From positions 17,856,001 to 17,920,000 of the forward strand of contig NC_043017.1 in the NCBI RefSeq assembly GCF_006345805.1: DNA of 64,000 nucleotides. The letters run 5' to 3'. How positions within the stretch are numbered: the stretch's first letter is position 1; each line of letters opens with the position of its first letter. Below, in pieces: positions 12,337-25,617 of the stretch. Source of the DNA: Octopus sinensis (lineage: Eukaryota). The notes under the pieces were generated by a model. It was not told the DNA's origin. It did no database searches and saw only the letters and a list, made by a program, of their open reading frames with translations. The position numbers and the translations under genes are program-made.

Positions 12337-13349
12337 CACCAAGGTTAAATATTTCTCATCAATAAGGCAGTGAGCTGGCAAAATCATTAGCATCCCGTGC
12401 AAAATGCTTAGTATTTAGTCCGTCTTTACATTCTGAGTTTAAATTCCATCAAGGTTGACTTTGCTTTCATCCCTAAGTTTTAAAACTTTCAGTGTAAGGA
12501 ACACACTTGTGACAGAGAGTATGTTGACTTAGTCGACCCTGAAATTACTGGCTTTGTGCCAAAGTTTGAAACCAATATATCTCATCAATCAATTCATCAA
12601 TAGAGAAATAAAGAATTTTCAATTATTTAATGAGGATAAATCTTCCAGATACTTGATTAAGTTCAAAGTTAATTGAAATACTCTCACATAGGGAGTCACT
12701 TGTTGATGGTTGCAAAGTAGGGTCAACACAAGGGCCAATAGAGTCTGGCACACCACACACACACACACATACACTCACACACACATGGACAGAGACACAC
12801 ACACACATGCACAAAAATATACACACACACACAATATGATATTTGTAATATCAGAAACACACATACATGCCTCCACAAAATGACATGCCTCCACAGTGAT
12901 TCTCCCCTAAATTCCCCTCACAAAATATTGATCAATCTAAAACTTGGTTAAGATGTTACACACTAATATCTCACTCAGAACTACAGAGTCACAAAATGAA
13001 CTCTTTTAACCACAGCCATGTCTGTATACACACACACACATATATATTTAATTATACATGTACCTCCCTTCATCCTACTGTTAGGAGGCTGTTGATTTGT
13101 GAGTCCGTTATTCCCATATGTAATTTAACAGTTGGCAGACTGCTCTGTTATTTAAACAACATTGTTTATTAAGTGGAGATGTAAACACAATGACTCATAT
13201 GTGTGTCAATATGATTGCACGCACACCAATAACCTTATCATACACACTATAGTCATTAACCATATATAGATACACACTCCTATATATATATATATATATA
13301 TATACATGCACATTCACTTCTAATATAAGGATAACATTTTTTTTTAAAT

Positions 13350-13722
13350 TTTATCAGTGGCCAGCATATAAAAAAATACCTTTTAAGGTGAAATTATAAA
13401 CACAATTATAAATAAGATATCCGCTGGAAGGAAAATCCATGCTGTTTTGATTTGATGATGATGATGATGATAAATAAGGGCAAAAGAAAAAAATTTTCTT
13501 TGTGAATATGCTGAAAATAGATGCTAAATCGTCTAACCACATTAGATATTTTTACAATTTTTATTACACACGTCTGCTTTTCTATAGGTATATATATGTA
13601 TTTCATTTATTTTCATTGCTTTCCACACTGATGAAGGGAAAATGCTTTTGGATTAATCCAGAAATCGGACCGATACAGGGATAACTAAATTTTTACGAAT
13701 TTCTGTAAGCTTGCTTAATTCA
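13350..13722 (+). mobile_element. Penelope-like element remnant with hammerhead motif
   Basis: CTGATGA...TCC-A-GAAA-TCGGACCGA-TA at 13628-13675. Shares TTATCAGTGGCCAGCATATA and ATGCTGAAA.TAGATGCTAAATCGTC with the element at 63365-64000. Confidence 0.65.
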
Positions 13723-13729
13723 CACTGCT

Positions 13730-13940
13730 AAAGTTATTACTGAATGGCAGAAGGAACATTCTAGTGGAGTGGAACATCTTATCTGGCCACCACAGTCCCC
13801 AGATCTCAATATCATTGAACATTTATGGTGCATTTTAGAAAAACAAGTGACTTGATATCTTCCACCATCATCACTACAAGAACTGGAGACTGTTTTAGCT
13901 GAAACAATTCAAACTTTGTACATGTCCATACCTCATAGAA
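13730..13940 (+). mobile_element. Tc1-type transposase fragment
   Basis: TGGCCACCACAGTCCCCAGATCTCAATATCATTGAACATTTATGG translates to WPPQSPDLNIIEHLW, the Tc1 SPDLNPIE motif. Confidence 0.8.
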
Positions 13941-14068
13941 TATATATATCTATATATATATACACACATACATATGTATGTGTATATATATATGTGTGTG
14001 TGTATATATATTTGTATATATATATGTATATGTCTATATGTATGTATTTATATATATGTTTGTATATG

Positions 14069-14112
<44 letters not shown>

Positions 14113-14241
14113 GCATATGTATATGTGTGTGTATTTATATATATATGTTTGTATATGTACGTATATATATATATATATGCATATGTATATGTGTGTGTGT
14201 ATTTATATATATATATTTATATCTGTATATATATATATCTG

Positions 14242-14284
<43 letters not shown>

Positions 14285-14852
14285 TTATATATATATATAT
14301 GTGTGTGTGTGTATATATATGTATATGTTACTGGCTGGCATTTCAGTACCATCTACTACCATTCATAGCAGTCTAGCAAACATGTTCTCGCGGCGCACAC
14401 ACCATGGGTCTAAAAGCTGCTGCTAAATTCAAACCATAACAAACAGAGGAGATGGCCTTGAATTCAATGATTTTAAACTAACAGAGACAACATTCATATA
14501 TCGCCAGGGGAAACACAACTAGATTGCATTATGCAAACAAACAATTGCATAATCAAATACCTGTACGCTTGGAGAACTACATTGTGTTGAAGCAATTGTA
14601 CCAAATAATATCCAACTGTACTCCTTCGTGACACACACATATATATATAAGTGCGTGTATGTATATATATATATATATGTACATATATACACACACACAC
14701 ACATATATATATATTTATGTACATATACACACACATATATATATGTACATATACACACACACATATATATATATGTACACACACACACACACATATATAT
14801 ATATTTATGTACATATACACACACATATATATATGTACATATACACACACAC

Positions 14853-14896
<44 letters not shown>

Positions 14897-14935
14897 GTAC
14901 ATATATATACACACACACACACACACACATATGTG
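13940..14935. repeat. Compound TA/TG and TA/CA microsatellite block, interrupted at 14326-14633
   Basis: Direct reading. It is the source of many spurious YIYI/VCVC ORFs. Confidence 0.95.
14326..14633. mobile_element. Possible solo LTR
   Basis: 308-bp unique island with TGTTAC...GTGACA termini embedded in microsatellite. No clear TSD. Confidence 0.4.
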
Positions 14936-15849
14936 TATAGGTGTCTTCCACTATAGCCCCAAGCCGACCGGAGCTTTGTGATTGAATTCGGTAGGTGGAA
15001 GTTACTGCCGTGTGTGTATATGTGCGTGTAGGTGCTTGTGCCTCTCCCAACGAGAGAGAGGGAGAGAGGGAGATATATATATATATATATATATTTATAA
15101 AAAGTGTAGGTGGCATACGAGTGGGTATATATTTATAAAAAAGAAGTTTAAAAACGCCACTATATAAGATAAATTTTACATGTTTCGGTTCTTCTTGAAG
15201 AAACGAACCTTATCGAAAATATTTTTAAAAGATAAGGTTAAGTGTAATAAAAAAGTTCATAATTGTTTCTTACTTGTCTGAACAGAGTCCATGTGGTGGT
15301 GTTTTGTGGGGAGGAGCATAATGGCTGTCTTGTGCGTTGACTAGCTGTCTTAGTAAGACTGTTGAGACTAGTCAGAAAAATTGATTTACAAGAGAAAACT
15401 CACAATATAGTCAGACATCATGAATTGCATTTTCAAAAAGTGATGATGTAACTCTTCAATGTTGTAAAACAAAGAATTGTCAGGATAAAACATTAGGGTT
15501 TACGACTATCAAACTTGTTGCATAAGAAAATCAGACATTTCATTCTTTATGACCTGATATGTATGTGTGTGTGTGTGTGTGTGTGTGCATTTATATATAC
15601 AGTTGCTATTATGCAAAAGTGTCATAAGTCTAAAATGTTGCTTTTTTCAGAAAGTTGAAAAATAGTTTCACCATTCCATAGCAAAACCGTTGTACTCCAC
15701 TTTGACAATTTTTGATATCTTGGCATCTGAAGCAGTTGGATATACAATAGTTTGACCAAAAGAAACAGCTATTGCAAGCAAAAATAAATATTGAAAAGAG
15801 TGCATTTGGCCAAATTTGGAGATACGACAGTTTAACATAATAACAACGA

Positions 15850-16050
15850 TATGTTTCCAGGGTCCTGTATCTTCTGAAAGTCTTTGATATTGTCTGCATA
15901 GCTAGCAAGGATGGTTACTTGAGCAGCTGAGGGCATATCAGAAAGGACCATTATGAACAGAAGTGGTCCGAGGACAGTGCACTGTGGAACACCACTCATT
16001 ATTTGTGTTTTGTTGGAGGTGGCCCCATTGACCACCACTACCTGACTCTT
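15850..16050 (-). mobile_element. CR1-like LINE RT core fragment
   Basis: VVVNGATSNKTQIMSGVPQCTVLGPLLFIMVLSDMP...YADN matches the GVPQG..LGPLLF and YADD motifs. Confidence 0.85.
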
Positions 16051-16054
16051 GTGA

Positions 16055-16737
16055 ACCTATCTCACCATTTTCGGACAGATTAGTGATTGGTGATGAAAAA
16101 TGGATATTTTATGAAAATATTTAACAACACAAGTAATGGCTTAGTTATGGAGAACAGGCTAAACCACAACCCAAAAAGGACCTCCTTGCAAAAATAGTTT
16201 TTCTTTCTTTGGTAGGATTGTATTGGAGTGATCCACTTTGAGCTGCTATCAACTAATGCAACAATTACTGCGCACACCTCTTGCCAATAATTATAGCATT
16301 TGGATGTTACTTTGAAGAAAAATGGCCTACTTTGGTGAATCATAAGGGTATGGTGTTTCATCATGATAATTCAAAGCCCCCACACTGCAAAGATTATATC
16401 AGAAAAAATTCATGTGACTTGGCTGAGGAAAAAATCCCTCACCCGCCTTATTCCCCAGACCTAGTTCCTTCTGATTACCATTTGTTTCAAAGCTTACAGA
16501 ATCATTTAGTTGGATTAGTACTCAAAAGCCCCAAAGAGGTCAAAACTGACGTCTCTTCTCATCAAAACCAAAAGAGTTTTTCACCAATGGGATTAAAAAA
16601 ACTGATGAGTAGATGGAAGGAAGAAGTCATCGATAATGATGGGAATTATATACAGGTTTAAAATTTTAATAAAAAGTAAAATTATATCACTTTTTTCCTT
16701 ACCCCAAATCCGAACATTATTTACGGGATGACCTGAT
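16055..16737 (+). mobile_element. Mariner (DD34D) transposon 3' half, degenerate
   Basis: Motifs IGDEKWIFY, HHDNSKP and PHPPYSPDLVPSDYHLFQSLQNHL, with frameshifts and a probable right TIR ending GATGACCTG. Confidence 0.9.
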
Positions 16738-17683
16738 GTATGTATATATAAGCAGAATCATTACTGCACTGGACAAAATGCTTAGCAGTAGTTCATGTCT
16801 TTATGTTCTAAGTTCAGTTGCCACCAGGGTCAACTTTGCCTTTCATCCTTTCAGGGTTGATAAATTAAGTACCAGTCAAGTACTGGGGGTCAATGTGATC
16901 AACTTTTTCCCTCCCTTGTGCCTATAGTTGAAAGGATTTTTGTTGTTGTTGTTAGGGCAGTTGGTTGGTAAAATGTTGGACCAAATACACTGCAGTTGTT
17001 GGTTACATTGTTTTTAGTTCAAATCTTACAAGAATTGATTTTTATGTCTCATTCTTTCTGGTGATGGGGAATTAAAAAAAAGGGCCAGTGAAGGATGTTA
17101 ACAAGAGTCCCTTTTCTCAATGAGTATTTGTCTTTTGACTTTGAGCTGATACTATCATCATTATTGTTGTTGTTAAAGTGGTGAGCCGGCAGCTTTGTTA
17201 GAACGTAAAACAAAAGGCTCTTTATGTTCTGCATTGAAGTCTTGCCAAGATCAATTTTGCCTTTCATTCTTTCAGAGTCATTAACATAGAATACCAGTTA
17301 TGTAATAAGAGCCAGTTTATTCAACTAAACACTTACTAACCCAAGTTTGTAGATTTGTGCCTCTCTTAGAAATTGCTATTATTATTATTTGGAGATTTAG
17401 GCAAAACTTCTTGTTTTTGTCGATGTTGTTGTGCATAATTTCCTCCAAGATTTCCTGATTACACTCACACACATAAACACATACTCACTTACACACATGC
17501 ACAGGTATACATCCACATACTTACAAACCCATGCATACATTCACTCTTACACACTCAGGTAAAAAAAATGTCAATCGATCACTGATTGCATGAGTTTAAT
17601 GAGATGGCTTCAAGCCATTTGACAATTATCTAGAGGGTGTATGTCTGTATGTGTTTGTGTGTGTGTGTGTATGTGTGTGTTTA

Positions 17684-17885
17684 TATTATAAATCTGAAAT
17701 GCGAAAAGTTTGTTTGTTTGTCTGGTTTGGCATTGGAACGGGTTAAAGGGCACTAGATCCCATCGGATTCACTCCAAAAATTACAGGGACCTGTAAAAAG
17801 AGGCGAGGATGTGAGTGTGCTAGGTTAGAAATCCCTAACTCAAAAGCTCTGGTTATTACGGCAAAAAAACCCACACTTTGACACG
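17684..17885 (+). mobile_element. Possible non-autonomous Helitron 5' fragment
   Basis: TATTATAAAT...GCGAAAAGTTTGTTTGTTTGT resembles the 5' end of Lep1-like Helitrons. No 3' end was found. Confidence 0.35.
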
Positions 17886-19519
17886 TGTTTGTTGTTTCTC
17901 TCTTTCTCTTATCTGCCTGTCTTCCTCTGTCTCTCTTTCCTCCCTTCCCTTCACTTTCTCTCTATAATAACGTTTGACAGCTTCCACTATCTTTTCCCCG
18001 CCGCCTTCACCAGCACTGTTACTCTTTCTCCCACATCTTCTCTCTCTCTACATCAGTTATTGTGAAAAAAGTATTGGTGGTAGTAACTGGAAAATTGTAG
18101 AATGTTTGCTTTACTTGCCATCAAAATCCTGTATTCAAACTGTATCTGGTGTTTTTATTCTACTTTTTTAAACCTTCTGCTAAGATTAAATCATTAGTAC
18201 CTAAGAAACAGAAATATATACCCTACCCCCAAAGCCTTTGGCACTGTGGTACTGGTGCAGAGATAGATTCCTTGAAGTTTGAGGACAATGCTATCACATA
18301 CATCCTTGTCCTAACACATACACATTCTTGATATTTTGAAGATTCTGTCTTGTGAAAGGTCATTATATTGAGATCTCTTTTATTTTTATTTTTTCATTTT
18401 TGGGAGAGACAGGGTCTTCTTTAATGACTGCATTCTTTTACAAGTGAGAGGCAGCGGTTCAGAGGCTGTCTTAGTTTCTTTTCCAGTTAGTTTCCCCATG
18501 TCCTGCTATTTCTCTTCTCATAAATATTGTTTTAATTAGGCCTTACCCTTGTCTCCATCAGGAACAAGCTAAACCCCGCATCTCACTATATTGCTGAAGA
18601 ATAGATATTTCTGTTGATCTTGTATGACACTCTGAAGTGTATGTGTGTGCTTATATATATATTTGAAGTATTAGTTCTTATACAGTATTAAACCTAAATC
18701 TAGTTCTATGTTGTCAATGTCTGAATAAGTTTCACACTGTTTTTTCTATGTCTTTTTTTTTTTTTTCACATTGAATATGGTCTATACAGATTGTGTTCCA
18801 CACAGAATGTATTCCATTCAAACCATTTCCACACAATGTGCTCCACATCTCAGTATGTTTCATACTGAGATATGTTCTATTCACATTGAGTTGCCATTGA
18901 TACCATTCCAAACAGTAAATGCTCTTAAAAAAAAAAAAAAATCAAAAACTAACAACAACAGCAGCAGCAAAGACAACAGCGACAGTAACAATAACAATAA
19001 ACAGCAGTAACAACAATTACAACAACAGTCAGAGAAAGCAAAATAGAAATCATTAAAAATAACTGAAGCTTTCCATTGGCTACAGTTCAAATAGGTGATT
19101 TGATTATAAGCATGTCTGGCGTGTGTGTGTGTGTCTGTCTGTCTGCATGTGAGCACACACGTGTGCATCTAGCTGTTTGTGTGTATATTTTGCCCATCTT
19201 TGTCCATTGATTATGTGATATTATGTGAAAGTACAAGTTCTCTCTCTCTCTCTCTCTTTTTCTCTCTCTCTTGCTTTTTCACATATGTATGTGTGTGTGT
19301 GTGGATGTATATACACACCTATATATTCTCTGGTTTTTTGTTTAAAATCTTTCACCAACAAAGAGCTGCTCTCCAACCCAGAAACAAAACTCCATCAGCT
19401 GAATTTTGACAACAGCATCTAGTTACTTAGTTGCAGATTTGTATGTGTACTACATATATACATTGGTATGTACATGCATGTCATTACACTATCTGTATGT
19501 TTTGACCAATTGACACACA

Positions 19520-20207
19520 CGACCTGGCAAGCCAAATGAGACCATAACCTTGTGGCCTGTGCCAGGGGCATAACCAGCCCACTTGTGCGTACCTTTTCCT
19601 TCTTTGGACACTAAACTCTGCTTGCGAAGACCTGTTGAGGCAAGTGAAATCGAAATCAAAATCAAAGTGAAATTCGATGACAGGCACAAGCACCATACGA
19701 GCGTGATCATTGACAGAACGGCTAACTGGCTTCCGTGCCAGTGGCACATAAAAGACACCATTCGAGCAGGATCGTTACCAGCTTCACCTTACTGGCACTT
19801 GTGCCTCGTGCTAGTAGGGTGCTAAGAGCACCATCTGAGCGTGATTGTTGCCAGAGCGGCTAACTGGCTTCTGTGCCAGTGGCATGTAGGAGGCACCATT
19901 CGAGCAGGATCGTTACCAGCATCGCCTTACTGGTACCTGTGCTGTTGGCATGTGTAAAAAAAAGAAAATTTGAGTGAGGTCATTGCCAGTACCGCCTGAC
20001 TGGCCCCTGTGCCGGTGGAATGTAAAAGCACCCACTACACTCACGGAGTGGTTGGTGTTAGGAAGGGCATCCAGCTGTAGAAACTCTGCCAGATCAAGAC
20101 TGGAGCCTGGTGCAGCCATCTGGTTCGCCAGCCCACAGTGAAACCGTCCTACCCATTCTAGCATGGAAAGCAGACGTTAAACGACAATGATGATGATGAT
20201 GATGATG
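19520..20207 (+). mobile_element. Family C retroposon, long form
   Basis: Repeated GTGCC(A/G)GTGGCA...CACCA modules, the conserved GTTAGGAAGGGCATCCAGCTGTAGAAAC block and a (GAT)n tail. Confidence 0.85.
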
Positions 20208-20913
20208 TTTACACATTCTGTCCTGTTATCTCACAACATGGCTGCCTGTGTTAAACCTTCTACATCAATGTAATTTCATTTTGTTTTCATCCTCAGGTCA
20301 GTCCTGTCTATGAAGTACATTGCATAATGTCTTTCGCCATAACATCATGCCTTATAGATAAATAACATAAGAATATTCTTAGACTGCTACTAATGATGTA
20401 ACCCACATTTTCAGTGCTAATTCTACAGTCTCCATCATTCAACATGTCTGGGTGTTTTATCTGCATCTGAGTATTTTGTTGGTATTTCCTGTTTCTGGTA
20501 TGCTTAACTCTACCCTTCAAAGTGAAAGTTAATATACTGGTTGTTAGACCACCATGAATATATCAGTTACTGTTATTTTGAATTAATCTGTTGTTATCCA
20601 CTGTTAAGTGTCCATCCTTCTGCAATACTTTCTGATGGAATACTTTCCTTTTCAACTCCTGGACTTGATCCATAGCTACACTTTCATGCTTAATGGATTA
20701 GTAGATGTTGTCAAAGAGATGTGGTGTGGCATTCAAAGACTATTTGAATTGATGTTTAAGACAAAGTCTCATCCCAGCGCTGATTCGAGTATTTCATCCC
20801 AACATCCTTTGAGAATCTCATAACTAGATCAAAATGGCTCTTCATGTCTTTGTCACACGCATTCAGGTCATCCACAAAGAAACTTTGTGCATGTCAAGAT
20901 GATGGTTCTGTCT

Positions 20914-21588
20914 TCATCATCATCATCATCATCGTTTAACGTCCATTCTCCATGCTAGCATGGGTTGGACGGTTCGACCGGGGATCTGGGAAGCCAGAAG
21001 GCTGCACCAGGCTCCGGTCTTATCTGGCAATGTTTCTACAGCTGGATGCCCTTCCTTACGCCAACCACTCCATGAGTGTAGTGGGTGCTTTTTACATGCC
21101 ACCTGCACTGGTGCCAGGCGAGGCTGGCATTGGCCACGGTCGGATTGGTGCATTTTACATGCCACCGGCACGGAAGCCAGTCGAGGCGGCACTGGCTTCG
21201 GCCACGATTCAGATGGTGCTTTTTACGTGCCACCAACACGGAAGCCAGTCGAGGCGGCGCTGGCATCGGCCACGATTCGGATAGTGCTTTTTACGTATCT
21301 CCAGTCCAGGGGTCCTGGCATCTGCCGGGTGCCAGTCATAGGATTGGTTCAATTTTGATTCCGATTTCACTTGCCCCAACAGGTCTTCGCAAGCAAAGGG
21401 GGGTAGGCATAGGTGCCTGTCGTCGGATGAGGTTCGATATCGACTTCGCTTGCCTCAACAGGTCTTTGTGTGTCCAAGGGAGGAAAGGCATGCATAAGTG
21501 GGCTGGACTCACTTGTCCTGCCTGGTCTTTTCACGCACAGCATATTTCCAAAGGTCTCGGTCGCTGGTCATTTCCTCAGTGAGACCTA
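20914..21588 (-). mobile_element. Family C retroposon, long form
   Basis: (CAT)n tail on the left and about four tandem ~59-bp modules at 21080-21300. The 5' region is shared with 19520-19680. Confidence 0.85.
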
Positions 21589-23019
21589 TGTGAATCAATC
21601 ATACACTCTACAATATTAGGGGTTCACTGCCAATATAAACATCAGTTGTTCTGCCAAGACTATTTGTTTGGGTTTATAGAGAGACAATAGTTTTTTCATA
21701 ATTCTTGTAGCTACACTGCAATCTGATTAAATTCTTTTCGCCCCATTCAGATTTTGCTCCAATCTGGATCCATATCTTCTAAAGAAAGAGACTTTGTCAT
21801 TATTCTTGACTGTCAATTCATCATTCTGTAAAATGTCAATTGATTTCCACTCAATTTCTGGTTAATTATTGACCTTTCATCTCTTCTGATGATGAATAGT
21901 TTTTCAGTTTTTTGGTGAGGAGTGTAATTGTTTGTTTGTTTGTTTGTACTTTTAATGAGTCTCCTGACATAGCTGGTTTTGAGCTCCATTATGGAAAATT
22001 CTATTTTATTTTTTTTTGTCTTTACTTACTTTAGCAGCTTCAAGATTCTGCTTAGCAATTACGGAAAGGGAATACAGTCAGAAATATATTTTCTGAAATA
22101 AAGGGACCTTACTCTTCTATAAAACTTCACTGTCAAGATGATGGTTCTGTCTTCAAGTGAATCAATCATACACTCTGCAATATTAGGGGTTCACTGCCAA
22201 TGTAAACATCATCGCACACAGACTGTTCCCTTGAAATACATTCCTACAATACTTTATCCTTTCAAAAATAAGGGGGTCACAGTCAATATAAACATTATCA
22301 CATATACAAACTCTCCCCTTGAAATACTGGCAATATTTTACCCCATCAGAGACAATATTACAATTATTTATTGTATTTTGCTTCCTATTGTGTAACTTGC
22401 TGGCTTCTGGTATACAGAGCTTTTGACTGGTAGCACTTGCATGTGCAAGTTGTTTGCAAGACATCTAATTCAGTGAATCTTTCTTTCATCAATACTAGCA
22501 TATATAATTAATATTTAATGATACTTTTTAAAATTTATTAATTTTTACTGGAAAGGTTTCCTTAAGAATTTCAGTTAGCTATATTCTCATCTCTGCCAGC
22601 TCATAAACCAGGTATTGTGGCCACAGCTATGATCACTGGTCTCTAGAGGTGTGAAGTAACATAGTGGGCTGTTCTAAGAATATGCTTATTTACCATTATT
22701 TCTGTGTTATTCTTACTTTTATAAATATGTAGTGGTTAAGTGTGTATTAGTATGTGTTAAGGTGAACATATGCAATAGACATGTGGATGTCTTTGAAGTA
22801 AACAAATGAATGACATCGATTCATAGTTAAAATGATTTATTCACTGCACTTAAATTTGACATTAGTACACATAATTCTTCATCACATGTAATTGTTGATA
22901 ACTGCTACAAGTTGCTAGTAATAGAAACAGGGTACATCTGTGGAGGTGATATGTCACAACTGAATATGTTTCTTTTTGTGTCTGTGTGTGCGTTGATCAT
23001 CTGAGAAAGTAGTCTACCA

Positions 23020-23242
23020 AGCTGGCAGAAACGTTAGCACGCCGGACAAAATGCGTAGCCGTATTTTGTCTACCGTTACGTTCTGGGTTCAAATTCCGCC
23101 AAGGTCGACTTTGCCTTTCATCCTTTCGGGGTCGATAAATTAAGTACCAGTTACGCACTGGGGCCGATGTAATCGACTTAATCCGTTTGTCTGTTCTTGT
23201 TTGTCCCCTCTATGTTTAGCCCCTTGTGGACAATAAAGAAAC
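23020..23242 (+). mobile_element. SINE family B
   Basis: Near-identical to 284-516. Confidence 0.9.
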
Positions 23243-23528
23243 ATATAATCCAGTGTGTCATGGACCTTTCAGTCTGTCTCTGTTGACCACTGTGGCAGCT
23301 AGAAGGACAGACATACTGTAGCAGAGATTGTGCCTAAATAGGTCAGCTCCTGTCCATTTGAACTTTGCCTGACATGACTGAGGTCAAAGGGAGATAGTTT
23401 ATCATTTTTTGACAGGACAAAGGAAACCTTTTTCATGCCTGTTGATCATAGTGGTTTGGACAAGCAAGAATTCTTAGATTTGGTTTCAAATCTAAGCTTG
23501 GATTCGGTAAGTGAAAACTGAAAAAAGC

Positions 23529-23564
<36 letters not shown>

Positions 23565-24189
23565 TGTGTGTGCCTTTGTATCTGTGTCTATCTCCAACCA
23601 CTGCTTGCCAACCACTGTTGGTGTGTTTACCTCCTTGTAAATTAGCATTTCAGCAAAAGAGACCAATAGAATAAGTACCAGGCTTTACAAAAAAAATAAG
23701 AAGTACTGGAGTTGGATCAAGGAGGGAGGCATTTAATGACATAATCCTAGATACCCTTACAAAAATGAAATGGTCGTGAGTGGAATACTAAACAACACTA
23801 TATCGCATGTTCTGCCTTAAAGACAGTTGTGTTGAACAAACAAGAAATTGTTGAATTTTATTTAACAAATGAAGAAATTACAAAAATACTCTTTAGTGAG
23901 AGCATCCCCTTTATTTCCCTATGCACACTATCTAATGACCAGACCTTACTTCTGATACACACACAACCAAGTTCTTGCATTGCTCATGGTTGCTGAGTTT
24001 GGCAAAACTCCAGACTAACAAGCCATGAGGTCAGCAGCTAAATTCAATAATTACCCTCTATGAGAGAAACAATTTTTTTTGTTCATTAATACTAATGGAT
24101 ATGGGGATATAAATACAAATGTACATATATATCATCATTACCATCATCATTTCTTCATCTTTCATCACACCGGCATGGAGTTGGACAAA

Positions 24190-25215
24190 ACATGCTGATC
24201 TTGGGCTGCTACAATTAGGCTCTCTGTTTCTTTTTTTAACCAAGCCCAAGATTTTGTTCTACATATATCCTCAGTGACTTTCCAATATTGGCCATGCAAA
24301 GTTTTCTCTTCAATCTGTCTGATGTGCTCTCTTTGAATTTCATTCTTGTCCTTTTGCCGCCTTTATATGCACTTTATTACCTGTTCTTTATTTATTGTCT
24401 TTAGTAGTTTTTCTGTACTGCTCTGTAAATACTCTACTATGCTTTTTTTTTTCCATCTGTATACATTCTTCTTCTGCTATTAAGCCTCTTCCACCCTGGT
24501 CTCTCCTCAGGTACAGCTTTCGGGTGGTGGGCTCCATACATTGTCAACAACTTGCTAGTTTTTCTGTCAAGTTTCTTTATATCATTTTTGGTTCTGTCTA
24601 TAATTCTAACTCTATATCTGATTAAGGATACTGCTGTTGAATTTATTACTTCAATACGATTTTTGTAATTTAGCTTTGACTGCAATAATTTTATCATTCT
24701 CCTTGTGTACTCCCAACTGGTAATTGAAAGTCTTGTACATGCTATCCACATTTTCTCAAATTACATAGGTATGGAATTTGGGACAGAAAAGTGAAACAAG
24801 GAAGATTAGAAAGAAGTCAAGGAATTGAAATGCCAAATAGGCAAACAATGAGAGCTTTGAGAAAAGACAGTGGTACAAGTACTTGGGAATACTGGCAGCA
24901 GACAAAATAAAACATGAAGAAATTAAATTAAACAAAATTTTCAAACATTTTTCTGAAACATTCTTGTCATATATATATTTTCTCAAGTTTGTTTTTACTG
25001 CTTGATCTTGGGCTGCTACAATTAGGCTCTCTGTTTCTTTTTTAATTGCCCCTTTTTTAACGAAGCCCAGGATTTTTAGTTCTACATACATCTTCAGTGG
25101 CTTTCCAAAATTGGCCATGTAGAGGTTTCTCTTCAATCTGTCTGATGTGCTCCTTTTGTATTTCATTCTTGTCCACACTTCATCACATGTTCTTTATTAA
25201 CTGTCTTTAGTAGAT
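24190..25215 (-). mobile_element. R4/Dong-like LINE remnant, rearranged
   Basis: Peptides EYTRRMIKLLQSKLNYKNRIEVINSTAVSLIRY and KKETESLIVAAQDQA. A YKYLGI segment lies on the + strand at 24765-24940, and the AAQDQ region is duplicated. Confidence 0.8.
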
Positions 25216-25617
25216 TTTCTATTATTATTATCATTGCTACATTCTGGGTTCAAATTCCGCTGAGGTCAAGTTTGCCTTTCATCCTTTCAGGGTCAATAAA
25301 TTAAATACCAGTGAAACACTGGGGTCGATATAATAAACTAGTCTCCTCGTCCAAATTTCAAGCCTTGTGCCTATAGTAGAAAGGATCATCATTATTATCA
25401 TCAACATTATTATTATTGTTATGCTTGAATTTTGCTTTGTGTTTGTACAAACTGAGTCCAAGTCTCTCTCAGAGATCTCGAGAGACAGCAAGTTATGAGT
25501 TCAAATGGGCATTATGACTAGAATGGTTGATAACTGCTGTGTTTTGAGGAGAGAGGTATTTGTGTTTTAATTGTGTATCTTGGGTTCATAAGAAGTATTG
25601 TTTTAGAAAATGTTCTT

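Noticed and set aside
13916-15116. Many overlapping 60-150 aa ORFs (YIYI/VCVC/HTHT)
   Set aside because: They are translations of dinucleotide microsatellites. The same applies at 42204-42682, 33104-33382 and similar sites.
19625-19660. CTGTTGAGGCAAGTGAAA in family C as a hammerhead
   Set aside because: There are no stable stems, and the motif is not conserved among copies near 21370, 21450, 48530 and 52640.
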